DNA of 64,000 nt from Balanoglossus misakiensis. Lineage: Eukaryota > Animalia > Hemichordata. Below, piece after piece: positions 45,106 through 57,700 of this stretch (positions are counted from its first letter, which is position 1; each line of letters opens with the position of its first letter). Below the pieces are notes generated by a model. That model was not told where the DNA came from. It worked only from the letters and a program-made list of their open reading frames with translations, and did not search any database. Position numbers and translations under genes: made by a program. The stretch spans positions 3,206,831 through 3,270,830 of the forward strand of contig CM082578.2 in NCBI GenBank assembly GCA_040954595.2, given 5' to 3'.

Positions 45106-46922
45106 GGGGATTTTGGGAGCCTATTTTGGGGGATGGGGGTACCAGGGGTTTTACCCGAAAGGCCAAATACATGTATAGGGGAAGGACGGGAACTAACTGG
45201 GGAATTTGGATCCAGAGGGAATTTGTATTCAGCAACGACCAGTGGGGCATATGCTGTAAAGCCCAACTGGAGGAATTTTTTGTCAAAAAGGGGAAATGAA
45301 ACAAACAGGCCGACCAGTGGGGCATACCCAGTAAAGCCCAGCTGGACATTCTATTTTTCTATTTTGTTATCGCTGTGTTCTATGTTGTGTTACCCCCCGG
45401 TGTTTTGGGGGAAGAAGACGAAGCCCTTCAAAATATGGTGGGGATGAGTGTTGTGGATCTGCACATGACGTCACTGACCCTACCCACCCCTTGGGCGGAA
45501 ATAGTTTATTCTACCTCTTCCACCTTAGAGCAGAGACCAAGCAGCACGCCTTTTACTGACCTCCAAGAGACCCTTAGAAACCTTTGATTAGTATCCTTTA
45601 CCCACTAAGGTGAGACATCGGCAATCACAACACTTATGAATTCAACACAGCACATATGGTCAGAAAGTATCTGCAAAATCTACCCAGAAACGTTTTAACC
45701 AGATAAATAACGAAGCTTTGCCGCTAAGGAATATGGCCGCCACTTTTGGAAAATGCTAAATTGTATGAAAAAGGTTCCATTTCCCACCTTGACCTCATCC
45801 ACTAGAACACTTGGATAGTGTAATTCCTTGGCCTTATGCACCAATGAATAAGGTACACTGTTCTGAATGGTATTTGTAAATGAAACACGTGATTCAGTAG
45901 ACTTTATATCAAAGCTTACACACATCAGGAATTTCTCATCTCATACTGAAGAGATGATTTGGTTCAGAATTCTAACCAAGATACAGAGGGAACATGAACC
46001 GTTTTCTTTACCTGTTATTGTTCGTTAACACTTTTCGTGGTCAATATTAGGATACATTTACAAACAATGGTATAAGTAGTTTTTAGTGATGGTCATGATT
46101 ACTTGTGATTTCTGTGGTTTATTTCTTCTCAAAGGCAAAGTTCAGTTCAGTTGATTTTGCATATTTCTTACGTTTGATTTCAGTTATTCAGGAAAAAAAC
46201 TATGCACAACTTGCACGGTTGTTTTTTGCCCCCAAAAGGGATGGAAATGGCGGAAGAGGGCTTCATCAATTAAATGTAATTTGATTCGTGGAAAATAAAG
46301 CGCGACACATACATAGTGAACAGTAAGCGTACGCTTTAATGTCAACCAGAATAATCCAGAGCAATCCAAGACAAACACATACAATTTGTTTTAAAGTTAC
46401 AGAATACTATAAGTCCACCAATTAATGCCAAGTACAATTACGGATTATTAAAATGGCAAGTGACAGTACTGTTTTTTACAAAAAAGAAATATTGATCAAT
46501 GTATACATGTATACATGGATAGATATCATATCCCGGCAGATTACAAAGAAATTAATTAATTACATCGTACATGTATTTCATGAACAAACTCAATCATAGA
46601 CGCATGCAACCAATTTACAAAATGCATTCTTTTTAAAGACATATCAAATTCTCAACGGAACGCTTGTCTTTCGGGAAAGTTATGGGCACCTCTAACTATA
46701 TAATGTATGATTTTTACATTTAATGCATTATCAAGAAAAATCGATTTCCAAAACGCTTATATGAACATCTCTTGCTTCATAAAGTCTAAAATAAATCTGA
46801 GAAGAAAAAACGAAATCATGTTGAATGGTACATCATTTGTTTGGAACTCTTCCATCAGCTGATTAGTCACTTTTGTAGACCAAACGGACGCCCCTGTGCT
46901 AAACGTGAAATCGTCCATCAGA

Positions 46923-49900
46923 TTAAACAACTCCGACCATTGCACTGAAAACAGTCAGGTGATTACACAGACACAGGGTAGAATTGATGTTGGATCTTGG
47001 TGACACCTGCACGATATCAAGCAGAGATAATACGTATTGACACATCAGTTGGTGTTTCTTTGCAATTAAAACAAGATCAAACACCTGGTTCACGTCCCAG
47101 CGTTACTTTTAATAGAAAAAGAGTCCTCACGTGAATTAGTACATGTTTAATGTTTACGGTATTTTCAACTTGTAGACAATAATCGTAAGGTGCATCACCT
47201 TCTGCAGTTTTAGTTCTGCTGCATATTTATGATTAGTATCCCCTAAAATCACACTGATTGCCACTTGTCTTTAGTTTCATCACTTGGAAGTACATGGAGC
47301 ATTTCAATTTGTTTGCAAAATTTAGAAGATATTAATCAAGTTGCATACCTTACAACCATCATTCTGCCAATTATTCTCATCAAAGTAGCTACATCTGTGT
47401 TGAGTAGTGAGAACCTTGATGTCAATCCCATGGGCTGTAGAGAAAAAGAAACACAGAACAGTTACATTAACCGATTCCATATAAAATCAACTAGTAGTGT
47501 GCACCCAGAAAATGAAATTCATAAACCTTTTTTTTTCTGATATTGCTAAAGGCAAAAGAAATACAGGACGCATACCATGTGTTTTGTGTACACTTTTGTA
47601 TGCAGGACGATTAAACAGGTTTAGCGGCCGTTATCGCTTGTTCAAATTGCAAAATACAGTCATAATCGGGCATCGACAAGATGTAAATGTATAAATCGGT
47701 AAGCATATTTAGATGGACCGATCTAAGTTGAATAGTAAAAAAAAATGGCAGCTCTATATTAAAACCGCAAGATCGTAGCATAACTTTCTACATATGCATG
47801 TTGATTTTTGAAATTAACAGTAACATGAACAGCCAAAAAGGTAAGAAAAACTATATATATTTTAATCAAGGATCATTGTACAATAGTTGTATCAATCATG
47901 AAAATAGTCCACAATCTTACCACTGGTAAGGTCAAAGACTATGTAATACAAGCCCGTCCTGGTGATCTTTGCTTCAGGTAGAAATATGGATGATGTACAA
48001 CCTGCAAATACCAAGTCAGTTACATAATGGAAACCAACGTTGCCACCGACAGCGTCAGGTCTTTCCAGTGACACGTATGCTGTAGTAGTCTCGAAGACAG
48101 GCGCTGATGTTTCCATGGTGATTTGCATTGCAAAGTACCTTGATAGTGCCTACAACGATAAGAGATCAATACAAAATGAACTCAACAATTGGCACAAATG
48201 AACTTTTTGAGGTAAACCATGCCTGTGTTTGGTTTTGCGAGTTACATTCACATGTTGTGTCATTGGGCATCACATCTCGGATCATGATGACAGAGAGGAT
48301 GGTGCTTGCATGGTTCAAGCTGCATGCTGAGAAATAAATCTCCATGGTTATGATTTGTGCGCTTTTACATAGGGCTTTACCCCCCCCCCCCCCGGGCTGA
48401 GCATCACTCCAAGATGGGTTGTTTGATGGTACTTTCAAAGAGTAGAGTTGCTAACATGCAAAAGTCGCTTAGTTGTATATAGTGTTTGAGGTTTACCGTT
48501 ACTGTCAATGCATAGTGGGTGACTGCTTCACTGTCCACGTACAATCCGGAGACGGTGCTTTCATTTATAGGTGTCTGAAAATTACCAAGCCATACGCCGA
48601 GATCCTCTGATGCATTTTTCACTGAAAATGAAAATGTTCTGTGATAATTCAAACTGATGTCAAAACTAAACTCACAATTTGGCCCATTACTCGAGTTCCG
48701 CCCCCACGATGAAAATATGAGCGAGCATTGTTATACTAATACATCGCTGGCTTCTGTGTACAGTTGTTAAAAAGGATATGCGCCATTTCAATTTAGTTTT
48801 AATGGTGCCACATTAACTAGTAAAATGATATATTTATCCGTAATTGATTATATCCACAATATTAAGTTTTTCATTATGACACTGCTGATGCCCAAGCCCA
48901 ATCTATAAAGAACGAAATGCACGTTGTTTCCAAAGATTTCTAAGTATTTTTGTGAGTTCCATGCGAATGTTAGTATGCCACTGATGGCCTTAATGAAAAC
49001 CAACCTTTAATCTCATTACCATCTTCATCTCTGAATTCCAGGGACAGTATATCGGTACTGAAGCCATGTGTCTTATTTGCCAATCCGTGAGGGTTCCCAC
49101 CAAAACGGAAAATCTATAAAAAAATATTCCTCGAGCATCTGAATGCATTATGACAACAACGCAATCGTACTTTAAACCAAAGATCATGATTAAAAATGTT
49201 TATGGATTTATTTTGTAAAATATGACAACGGGTGCACTAACGCAACACAAATATCCGCGTATAATTCATTCCCGTAATGACTTGACTGGCGGAAGAGTCT
49301 TAAAGACCAACAGTTAGACAAATATCAATATACAAGAATAGAGCAATGTACGATAGAAAACGAAAGTGAGATTGTCTTCTGATTATCGACTTGTATACAA
49401 ACCATCCTGTTCAAGACTGTGTCCCGCGGCAATTGTGGAAACATACTGTCTACTGGTGGAATATTGAATCCACTTCCATCTCCAATCATTACATTGGTGT
49501 CGCACAAGTCCTGCACAAAGTTCTTTTCCAGATGCAGCACAAGAGAAGAAGTGTTCACGATGATTGGTCCGTGCCCATAATTCGCCTTGTTCAGTATAAA
49601 CATTGATAACTGGTCGAAAACTTTCGTTGTTATCTTTGTCATGTGGTTTGCCTGCCCAGGATTCAGCTTCTCGCTCGGATTGGTGTCAATTAGGTTCTGC
49701 ATTCTGTCAATCACTTTTTGCATGACATTCAGTGTTTCTGAAATGTGTAATCATTGGCATTAAAAAAGTATCTTACTCTGTCTGACTGTCAGTCTCGGCT
49801 TTACACCAATGCCCGAAAAATATGAAGTGAGTTTCATTTCTTGTAACCATTGGGGGAAAATGATGAGGGAAAAATTTTGAAGAGATAATGGAGACCTATC

Positions 49901-51060
49901 TTTCCACTTCGAATTCAGCGTATCATTCAACAGTTGGACCCGTCCAATTCTAAAAGTTTCGCTTAGCTACATGTAAGATATCTGACGGTCACCGATAATT
50001 TGCATAATTTGTGGAAACCAATGAACTGTAGTTGAAGCATTTTCGATGCGCTCAATAATGCAAGGTGCTATTTCTTGTGCGTCTGATAAGAGTATCCTAT
50101 TTACATCATTGGATGATATTGAATGCGGACGGTGTTGTGATGGAAACCGATGTCACATAATCATCTTGGTTAAAACAACAACATATAACAATACCTTTTG
50201 CAAACAGAATTGTTCCTTCAAATATAACACTTTCCTTCGAAAGGTCAGAGGTTAAAGTGTCCAACTTGTCAATTACACTAATACCCTGGCAAAAAGAGAA
50301 GACAATAATTTAGTATGTGGCTTTATATGGAATCATTTAGTATGTAGCTTTCGTTGTCAACAAAATATTCATATCCCATAAGGACCATTAAAAGTACGTG
50401 TGCATTTCACTAACCCGTGGCTTTATGCAATACAGTGTACTACATCAGTCTCAAATGATTGACACCTTTCTTACCCCATCTGCTGTTCTGAATTCATCGG
50501 CACTTATCTTGACCAATCTCTCCCGCAGCAGAAGTAAGTCATCATCTGAATGTTGCAAATGTAAAATGCATATAAATTGAATTTCTAAAAGTGCGAATGC
50601 ACTCATGACTTAAAGTAGCACAGGAATATATTACACGTTCTCTCAAGAGACATGTTTGCCATTCAATGCCAAATTTCTATGAAATACAACAAATGTATTG
50701 AAACATAATATCTCCAGGGAAATGTATGTTTGCATGACAATATACCGAATTTCCATAAATTGGGTCAAAGATGTTTGAATTATCCATTTACCAAAAGCAA
50801 CAAGTAATGGTCCGTGATTCATTTTGATATTTCCAATGTGACTCCCTTCCACGCGGATAAATGTATTTACCATGCGTATGTATTTTATTTACGTTCCATG
50901 TATAATGGAATATGTTGAATGTATACACACCACATAATTACACAGGTGGTCAATTGTGTTGGAAAGGACTGTCTGAATATACTTACCGTTATCCTCGCAA
51001 ATTAAACCAAGTGGTTTACTACAGTCTTCAGTGAACCATTCACATTTACCTGAGCGATAC
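46923..51060 (-). CDS. C-type lectin + GAIN/GPS domain protein (polycystin-1-like/adhesion-GPCR-like ectodomain) ending right after the GPS; 5' exons not located
   Basis: In-phase GT-AG exons on -: 50987-51060 (WFTEDCSKPLGLICE, C-type lectin end), 50475-50545, 50195-50285, 49993-50082, 49403-49737, 49005-49113 (ILSLEFRDEDGNEIKV), ~48497-48621, 47921-48149, 47349-47434 (CSYFDENNWQNDGCK), 46923-47006 (STLCLCNHLTVFSAMVGVV*). Confidence 0.82.
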
Positions 51061-51811
51061 CTGTATAAAGATTCGCTGATAAATGTTTATTGAAGTTTAC
51101 GATGTCTACAATGATTACTGTACAGTGTCTTTAGTGATCATCATACGGTGTATAATGATCTCTACAGAATGGCCTCATGACCAACCTGCAAAGTTTGCAT
51201 TATCGAAAAAAAATCGTTAACCGTGCAGCCATACCCTGCCTATATTTTCTAAAAATCGTTGAATATTAAAAGTCGAATTTTGTATGGGCATGATACCGAT
51301 AAATTTCCTACATCCTATGTGTATTATGCTGTAAGGCACATGTTGGAATGATATTGCAATGAGCGTTAGCTGTAAAGTATCATGCTCAAATTGCGCTTCG
51401 TAATTCAGACGATATAGCAGGTAAAGTTAGTTACCAAAACATAAAACTCAAACTTGACAAAATACCAGAAGTGCAAAGGTAGTGATTTTTAGCAGCATAG
51501 TGTAACCTTTGGGATAAGAAAACGCAAAAATACACACATTTTAGAGAAATGAGTTTCATGTTCTAGTTTTGATTCTGAGGAGGTATGTTGTTCTGGCCGT
51601 TATCACTTTCACCCAATCACTGCTGAGTGTTTTTCCCGCTCAAACTATATTTGCATACACAAATTGCTACTTTGGGGGGGGGGGGGTAGAAGGAGCCGTT
51701 AGGTTTTTGAATAGGCTTGTACATGTAGCTGACAAGACTTGTAAGCGTCCTTGCACGTGTCGTTCTGTTCTCTGTTAAACGTGTCGACACAATACTAGTA
51801 AACCGAATCTT

Positions 51812-54312
51812 TTGGTTTATGCGACACCAATTTGTTGTCTGTTCCAGTGGATTTTCAAAGAACCATACGCGAGGGAGTCCACGGCCTACCTAATAAATCC
51901 CCCACATTTTTGCGCCGAGACCAGGATAGACTCGAAGCCAACACAACGGAAGAGGGACACACTGAGGATCAATCATGCTGCCGCACCATTGTTGAAGCTC
52001 AGGAGATCACATCGTGGTCAACGTGGACAATTGACTCGACTACTCAACCGAGCTGAAACTTTCCTGTACAATTTTGAAGACGAAGGTATCGACAAAGCAG
52101 ATACACTCAACACACTAGAGGGGCCTGGCAATCAACTTTCAAGCAAGTATCGACTTCTCTCCGATCTTGAAATCAAAATACTAGAGTTGACAGACGATGC
52201 TCAAGTTGATGAAGAAAACGAAACTTCTGGTGATTACCAAGCATCAATTTTTGATCGAATCCATCGCATCACAACATTTGTGAGGAGAAATCGAATGAAA
52301 CCGTGATTACAGATACACATCAGAGACTAGATATTGTCAAGAAAGGCGGACCTTGCCTTAATTGCTTGGGTAAACACAGAGTTGAAGAATGTAAATCCAA
52401 ATACTCCCGCAGAATCTGTAAGAAACTCCACCACTCCACGCTACAACATAATACAGCTGCCACCGCAACGACTCCGACCAAGGGGTCAACCGACCGCGTC
52501 ATCTGCCCAGACACAACAAACGCACCGTAGCTTTTACCAAAATCTCTACATCTCCGGACGATAAGCCGCGAAACCCAGGACCGGTGTTACTCAAGACCGC
52601 GTTCGTTCCGTTGTCCGCGGGAAAGAATTCCCCCGTTCGTGCTGTCATATTGTTTGATGTGGGAGCAAACAAAACATTCATGACTGAGAAATTTGCTCCC
52701 ATGATGTCTGCAAAAATTACGCATTATGAACACATCAAGTCGTCTACTTTCGGTTACAAATCCTCAAATGTTCGCACCGTGCCGTTTACCGAATTAACGG
52801 AGCTTGAATTAAACGGGAATACTCCAACAATTGACATAATGATCACCCCTGAAATATCATCGGACTTTACCAACATCATCACCCACGAAATTCACAATTT
52901 TAGTCACTTGAAGGGTTTGCCGTTCGCTCATCCAGTCTTCAGTAATGAATCGTGGCCTGTGTACTAATGGTGCCGACCAGTATTGGAATTTTGTTGGCTC
53001 GCATGTTATTTCGGGCGCGAACGGCCCAACCACGGTATCGTCTAAGTTTGGTTATTTGCTTTCTGGGCCCGCAGGTATTCCCTGTAAGTCAGCTGATCCG
53101 AACGCGCGCATACTGCACGTGATTTCTACCAGATTGAAATCGACAAATGAATGGCCCAGTTCTGTGCTCGATACACGCGCACTACATTCCGGAACCGTAC
53201 CAAACGAAACCGACATGGTACACTCTCTTGAACAAAGCGGACTTGACATATACCCGGCGCAAACTCCGAGATTCCGCGTCCACTCAGGGACACCACTACT
53301 TCTTGAAGCGGAAGTTACTGCCACTAATTGATTGCAATGATTTCGGAAATTTTAATGAGGTCGATATTTCCCGATTCAACGCTTTGGATAAGTTGTTGCG
53401 AGTGACAACTTACGTTCTCCGATTCATCGCGCGGTTGCGGAAATCTACCTATATAAGGCACGGAAGAATGAACAGAATCGCAACCAACAAACAAACAAAC
53501 AAACAAACAAAAACAAACAAACAAACAAACAAACAAACAAAGTTTTATATAGCGCCAAAATCCAAAACAAGAAATTTTGCCAATGACGCTCATGGTTAAA
53601 CCACACTGTATGCTCTTTTGAACATATGAGTTTTCAGTTTTCTTTTGAAAGTCTTCAGGTTTGTATGACTATTCTGGCTGTAGTGTTCTGAGCTTTTTGT
53701 GTAATAAGGCGATTGTGTTTTCCGGGAGACCATGCAGGAGTGAGTTACAGTAGTCAAGTTTGGCTAAAATTCTCGTTGGTGATGTAACGTCGTATAGATC
53801 CAATTCGGCGAAGGTGACTGTCGATCGATTTGCAGGTGTACGAAGATCATGTCAATATTGCGAGCAGATTAAACTGGTGTGACAGAAGGGGAACCAATGT
53901 TGACACTGTTAACATGATCTGGTGAGCTGTTAAACTTGGAGTGAATCAGAAGCACTTCGGTTTTACTGTCATTGAGCTGGAGTTTATTATGGGTCATCCA
54001 TTCCATGATATCGAGAATGCAGGTTTCAATCGAAGACAGGGCTGAGGGAGAGTCACGATGAGAAAATGAAAGATACAGCTGGTTGTCATCTGGTGGAAAT
54101 GTAGACTGTGCTTGTGTCAAATTTCATAGTGGAGCAAGTTAAAGCTGTACAATACCAGTATTATGGGGACACTGTCCAATCTGTTAAGTTGAACTTGAGT
54201 AAACGTGCCCCTATCGTCCGACAACTGAACTTGTTCGTAGACGAAGATGACGTACTTCGTTGTGGCAGTAGAATTCATAATGCAGCGCTTGACTTCGTCA
54301 CGAAGTTCCCCG
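51812..54312 (+). mobile_element. Heavily deleted BEL/Pao LTR retrotransposon internal region
   Basis: Gag start (RGQRGQLTRLL), BEL knuckle CLNCLGKHRVEEC..ICKKLHHSTL, Pao protease LLKTA..LFDVGANKTF..GADQYW..SKFGYLLSGP, post-RNase H IDISRFNALDKLLRVTTYVLRF and LFVDEDDVLRCGSRIHNA..KFP. No RT and no LTR pair found. Confidence 0.85.
53481..54115 (-). mobile_element. L2-clade LINE 3' fragment with (TTTG)n tail inserted in the BEL/Pao element
   Basis: DDNQLYLSF..CILDIMEWMTHNKLQLNDSKTEVLLI, then FKRKLKTHMF. 3' end ggcgctatataaa followed by (tttg)n, seen on + as (caaa)n at 53481-53540. Confidence 0.85.
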
Positions 54313-54728
54313 CGTTAAAGCGCGTAGCTCGTCTCACACGCATGCCATGTTCCAGCCGTAGCCTCGGTCACAGACGTTTAGTGAACAGTCAATCCGATAA
54401 GGTAGTGCTCTGTCCTAACAACAGAGAAGATGGCGGCGACCAAAGTCTGTGTCACAAGTTCGAGATCGGAAAACGTCAGCAAATGGGGTGTAATGAAGTG
54501 ACAAACCTAGAATCTTCTTATGTGTTTGTAAAATAAAGGGCGCGAAACTGCAATTTTGAGGCCTCCCCCTAAACGATTTTTAAAAAGATGACCCCCTTTT
54601 GAACTTCAAACTTTAAGTGACCTCCCCTGGATTTTGCCGCCCCCAGTCGTAAAAACTGAACGGTCCCTGGTTAGAACCTTACTTGGGGATTCTTACACTG
54701 TTTGGTATGAAAAATAACTCCCTACAAC

Positions 54729-57700
54729 GAAGACAGTTCTTTCGCTCTGCGTACGAGAAAAGGTATTCCCAGGCAGTGTAGATCGCGCGCAGAACACCGG
54801 GCAGCTTGTAAGCTGGGCCCGGAAGATGAAAGTACAACTGCCGTGTACAGTAATCATCCTTGCTCTCGTGGAGGCAGACCTCGATTCACGTCGTACATTT
54901 TATGAAGCTTTACAAAATGTCACTATATTCTGTGTTCGGACGGAAAGAAATTATAATCGACTAAAAGGAAAACTGAAGATGGTTCTTTCGCTTTGCGTAC
55001 GAGAAAAGGTATTCCCAGGTAGTGTAGATCGCGCGCAGAACACCGGGCAGCTTGTAAGCTGGGCCCGGAAGATAGAAGTACCACTGCCGTGTACAGTAAT
55101 CATCCTCGCTCTCGTGGAGGCAGACCTCGATTGACGTCGTACATTTTATGAAGCTTTACAAAATGTCACTATATTCTGTGTTCGATCGGAAAGAAATTAT
55201 AATCGACTAAAAGGAAAACTGAAGATGGTTCTTTTGCTTTGCGTACGAGAAAAGGTATTCCCAGGTAGTGTAGATCGCGCACAGAAAACCGGGCAGCTTG
55301 TGAGCTGGGCCCGGGAGATAGAAGTACAACTGCCGTGTACAGTAATCATCCTCGCTCTCGTGGAGGCAGACTGCGATTGACGTACATTTTATGAAGCTTT
55401 ACAAAATGTCAGTATATTCTGTGTTCGGACGGAAAGAAATTATAATCGACTGAGAGGAAAACTGAACATGGTTCTTTCGCTTTGCGTACGAGAAAAGGTA
55501 TTCCCAGGTAGTGTAGATCGCGCGCAGAACACCGGGCAGCTTGTAACCTGGGCCCGGGAGATAGAAGTACAACTGCCGTGTACAGTAATCATCCTCGCTC
55601 TCGTGGAGGCAGACTGCGATTGACGTACATTTTATGAATTTTTACAAAATGTCAGCATATTCTGTGTTCGATCGGAAAGAAATTATAATCGACCGAGAGG
55701 AAAACTGAAGATGGTTCTTTCGCTTTGCGTACGAGAAAAGGTATTCCCAGGTAGTGTAGATCGCGCACAGAACACCAGGCAGCTTGTAAGCTGGGCCCGG
55801 AAGATAGAAGTACAACTGCCGTGTACAGTAATCATCCTCGCTCTCGTGGAGGCAGACTGCGATTGACGTACATTTTATGAAGCTTTACAAAATGTCAGTA
55901 TATTCTGTGTTCGGATGGAAAGAAATTATAATCGACTGAGAGGAAAACTGAAGATGGTTCTTTCGCTTTGCGTACGAGAAAAGGTATTCCCAGGTAGTGT
56001 AGTTCGCGCGCAGAACACCAGGCAGCTTGTAATCTGGGCCCGGAAGATAGAAGTACCACTGCCGTGTACAGTAATCATCCTCGCTCTCGTGGAGGCAGAC
56101 TGCGATTGACGTGCATTTTATGAAGCTTTACAAAATGTCAGTATATTCTGTGTTTGGATGGAAAGAAATTATAATCGACTGAGAGGAAAACTGAAGATGG
56201 TTCTTTCGCTTTGCGTACGAGAAAAGGTATTCCCAGGTAGTGTAGTTCGCGCGCAGAACACCAGGCAGCTTGTAATCTGGGCCCGGAAGATAGAAGTACC
56301 ACTGCCGTGTACAGTAATCATCCTCGCTCTCGTGGAGGCAGACTGCGATTGACGTGCATTTTATGAAGCTTTACAAAATGTCAGTATATTCTGTGTTCGG
56401 ATGGAAAGAAATTATAATCGACTGAGAGGAAAACTGAAGATGGTTCTTTCGCTTTGCGTACGAGAAAAGGTATTCCCAGGTAGTGTAGTTCGCGCGCAGA
56501 ACACCAGGCAGCTTGTAATCTGGGCCTGGAAGATAGAAGTACCACTGCCGTGTACAGTAATCATCCTCGCTCTCGTGGAGGCAGACCTCGATTGACGTCG
56601 TACATTTTATGAAGCTTTACAAAATGTCAATATATTCTGTGTTCGGACGGAAAGAAATTATAATCGACTGAGAGGAAAACTGAAGATGGTTCTTTCGCTT
56701 TGCGTACGAGAAAAGGTATTCCCAGGTAGTGTAGATCGCGCACAGAACACCGGGCAGCTTGTAAGCTGGTCCCGGAAGATAGAAGTACAACTGCCGTGTA
56801 CAGTAATCATCCTCGCTCTCGTGGAGGCAGACCTCGATTGACGTCGTACATTTTATGAAGCTTTACAAAATGTCAGTATATTCTGTGTTCGGACGGAAAG
56901 AAATTATAATCGACTGAGAGGAAAACTGAAGATGGTTCTTTCACTTTGCGTACGAGAAAAGGTATTCCCAGGTAGTGTAGATCATGCGCAGAACACCGGG
57001 CAGCTTGTAAGCTGGGCCCGGGAGATAGAAGTACCACTGCTGCGTACAGTAATCATCATCGCTCTCGTTGAGGCAGACTGCGATTGACGTACATTTTATG
57101 AAGCTTTACAAAATGTCAGTATATTCTGTGTTCGATCGGAAAGAAATTATAATCGACTGAGAGGAAAACAGAAGATGGTTCTTTCGCTTTGCGTACGAGA
57201 AAAGGTATTCCCAGGTAGTGTAGATCGCGCACAGAACACCGGGCAGCTTGTAAGCTGGTCCCGGAAGATAGAAGTACAACTGCCGTGTACAGTAATCATC
57301 CTCGCTCTCGTGGAGGCAGACCTCGATTGACGTCGTACATTTTATGAAGCTTTACAAAATGTCAGTATATTCTGTGTTCGGACGGAAAGAAATTATAATC
57401 GACTGAGAGGAAAACTGAAGATGGTTCTTTCACTTTGCGTACGAGAAAAGGTATTCCCAGGTAGTGTAGATCGTGCGCAGAACACCGGGCAGCTTGTAAG
57501 CTGGGCCCGGGAGATAGAAGTACCACTGCCGCGTACAGTAAGCATCATCGCTCTCGTGGAGGCAGACTGCGATTGACGTACATTTTATGAAGCTTTACAA
57601 AATGTCAGTATATTCTGTGTTCGATCGGAAAGAAATTATAATCGACTGAGAGGAAAACTGAAGATGGTTCTTTCGCTTTGCGTACGAGAAAAGGTATTCC

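Larger units (their letters stand above)
41075..45632 (+). mobile_element. Non-autonomous Gypsy-type LTR retrotransposon (HhH-Gag, protease, TatD remnant; RT/RH/IN absent)
   Basis: 184 bp LTRs at 41075-41258 and 45449-45632 (TG...CA, 2 mismatches), CTTA target duplication (41071-41074, 45633-45636), PBS TGGCGCTGCGAGC at 41260 (tRNA-Ser-like) and purine tract GGTGGGGATGAG before the 3' LTR. Confidence 0.96.

Noticed and set aside
48166-48438. Candidate extra exon of the GAIN gene (ACSLNHASTILSV...)
   Set aside because: Its splice phase does not fit, and the flanking exons join in phase 0 without it.
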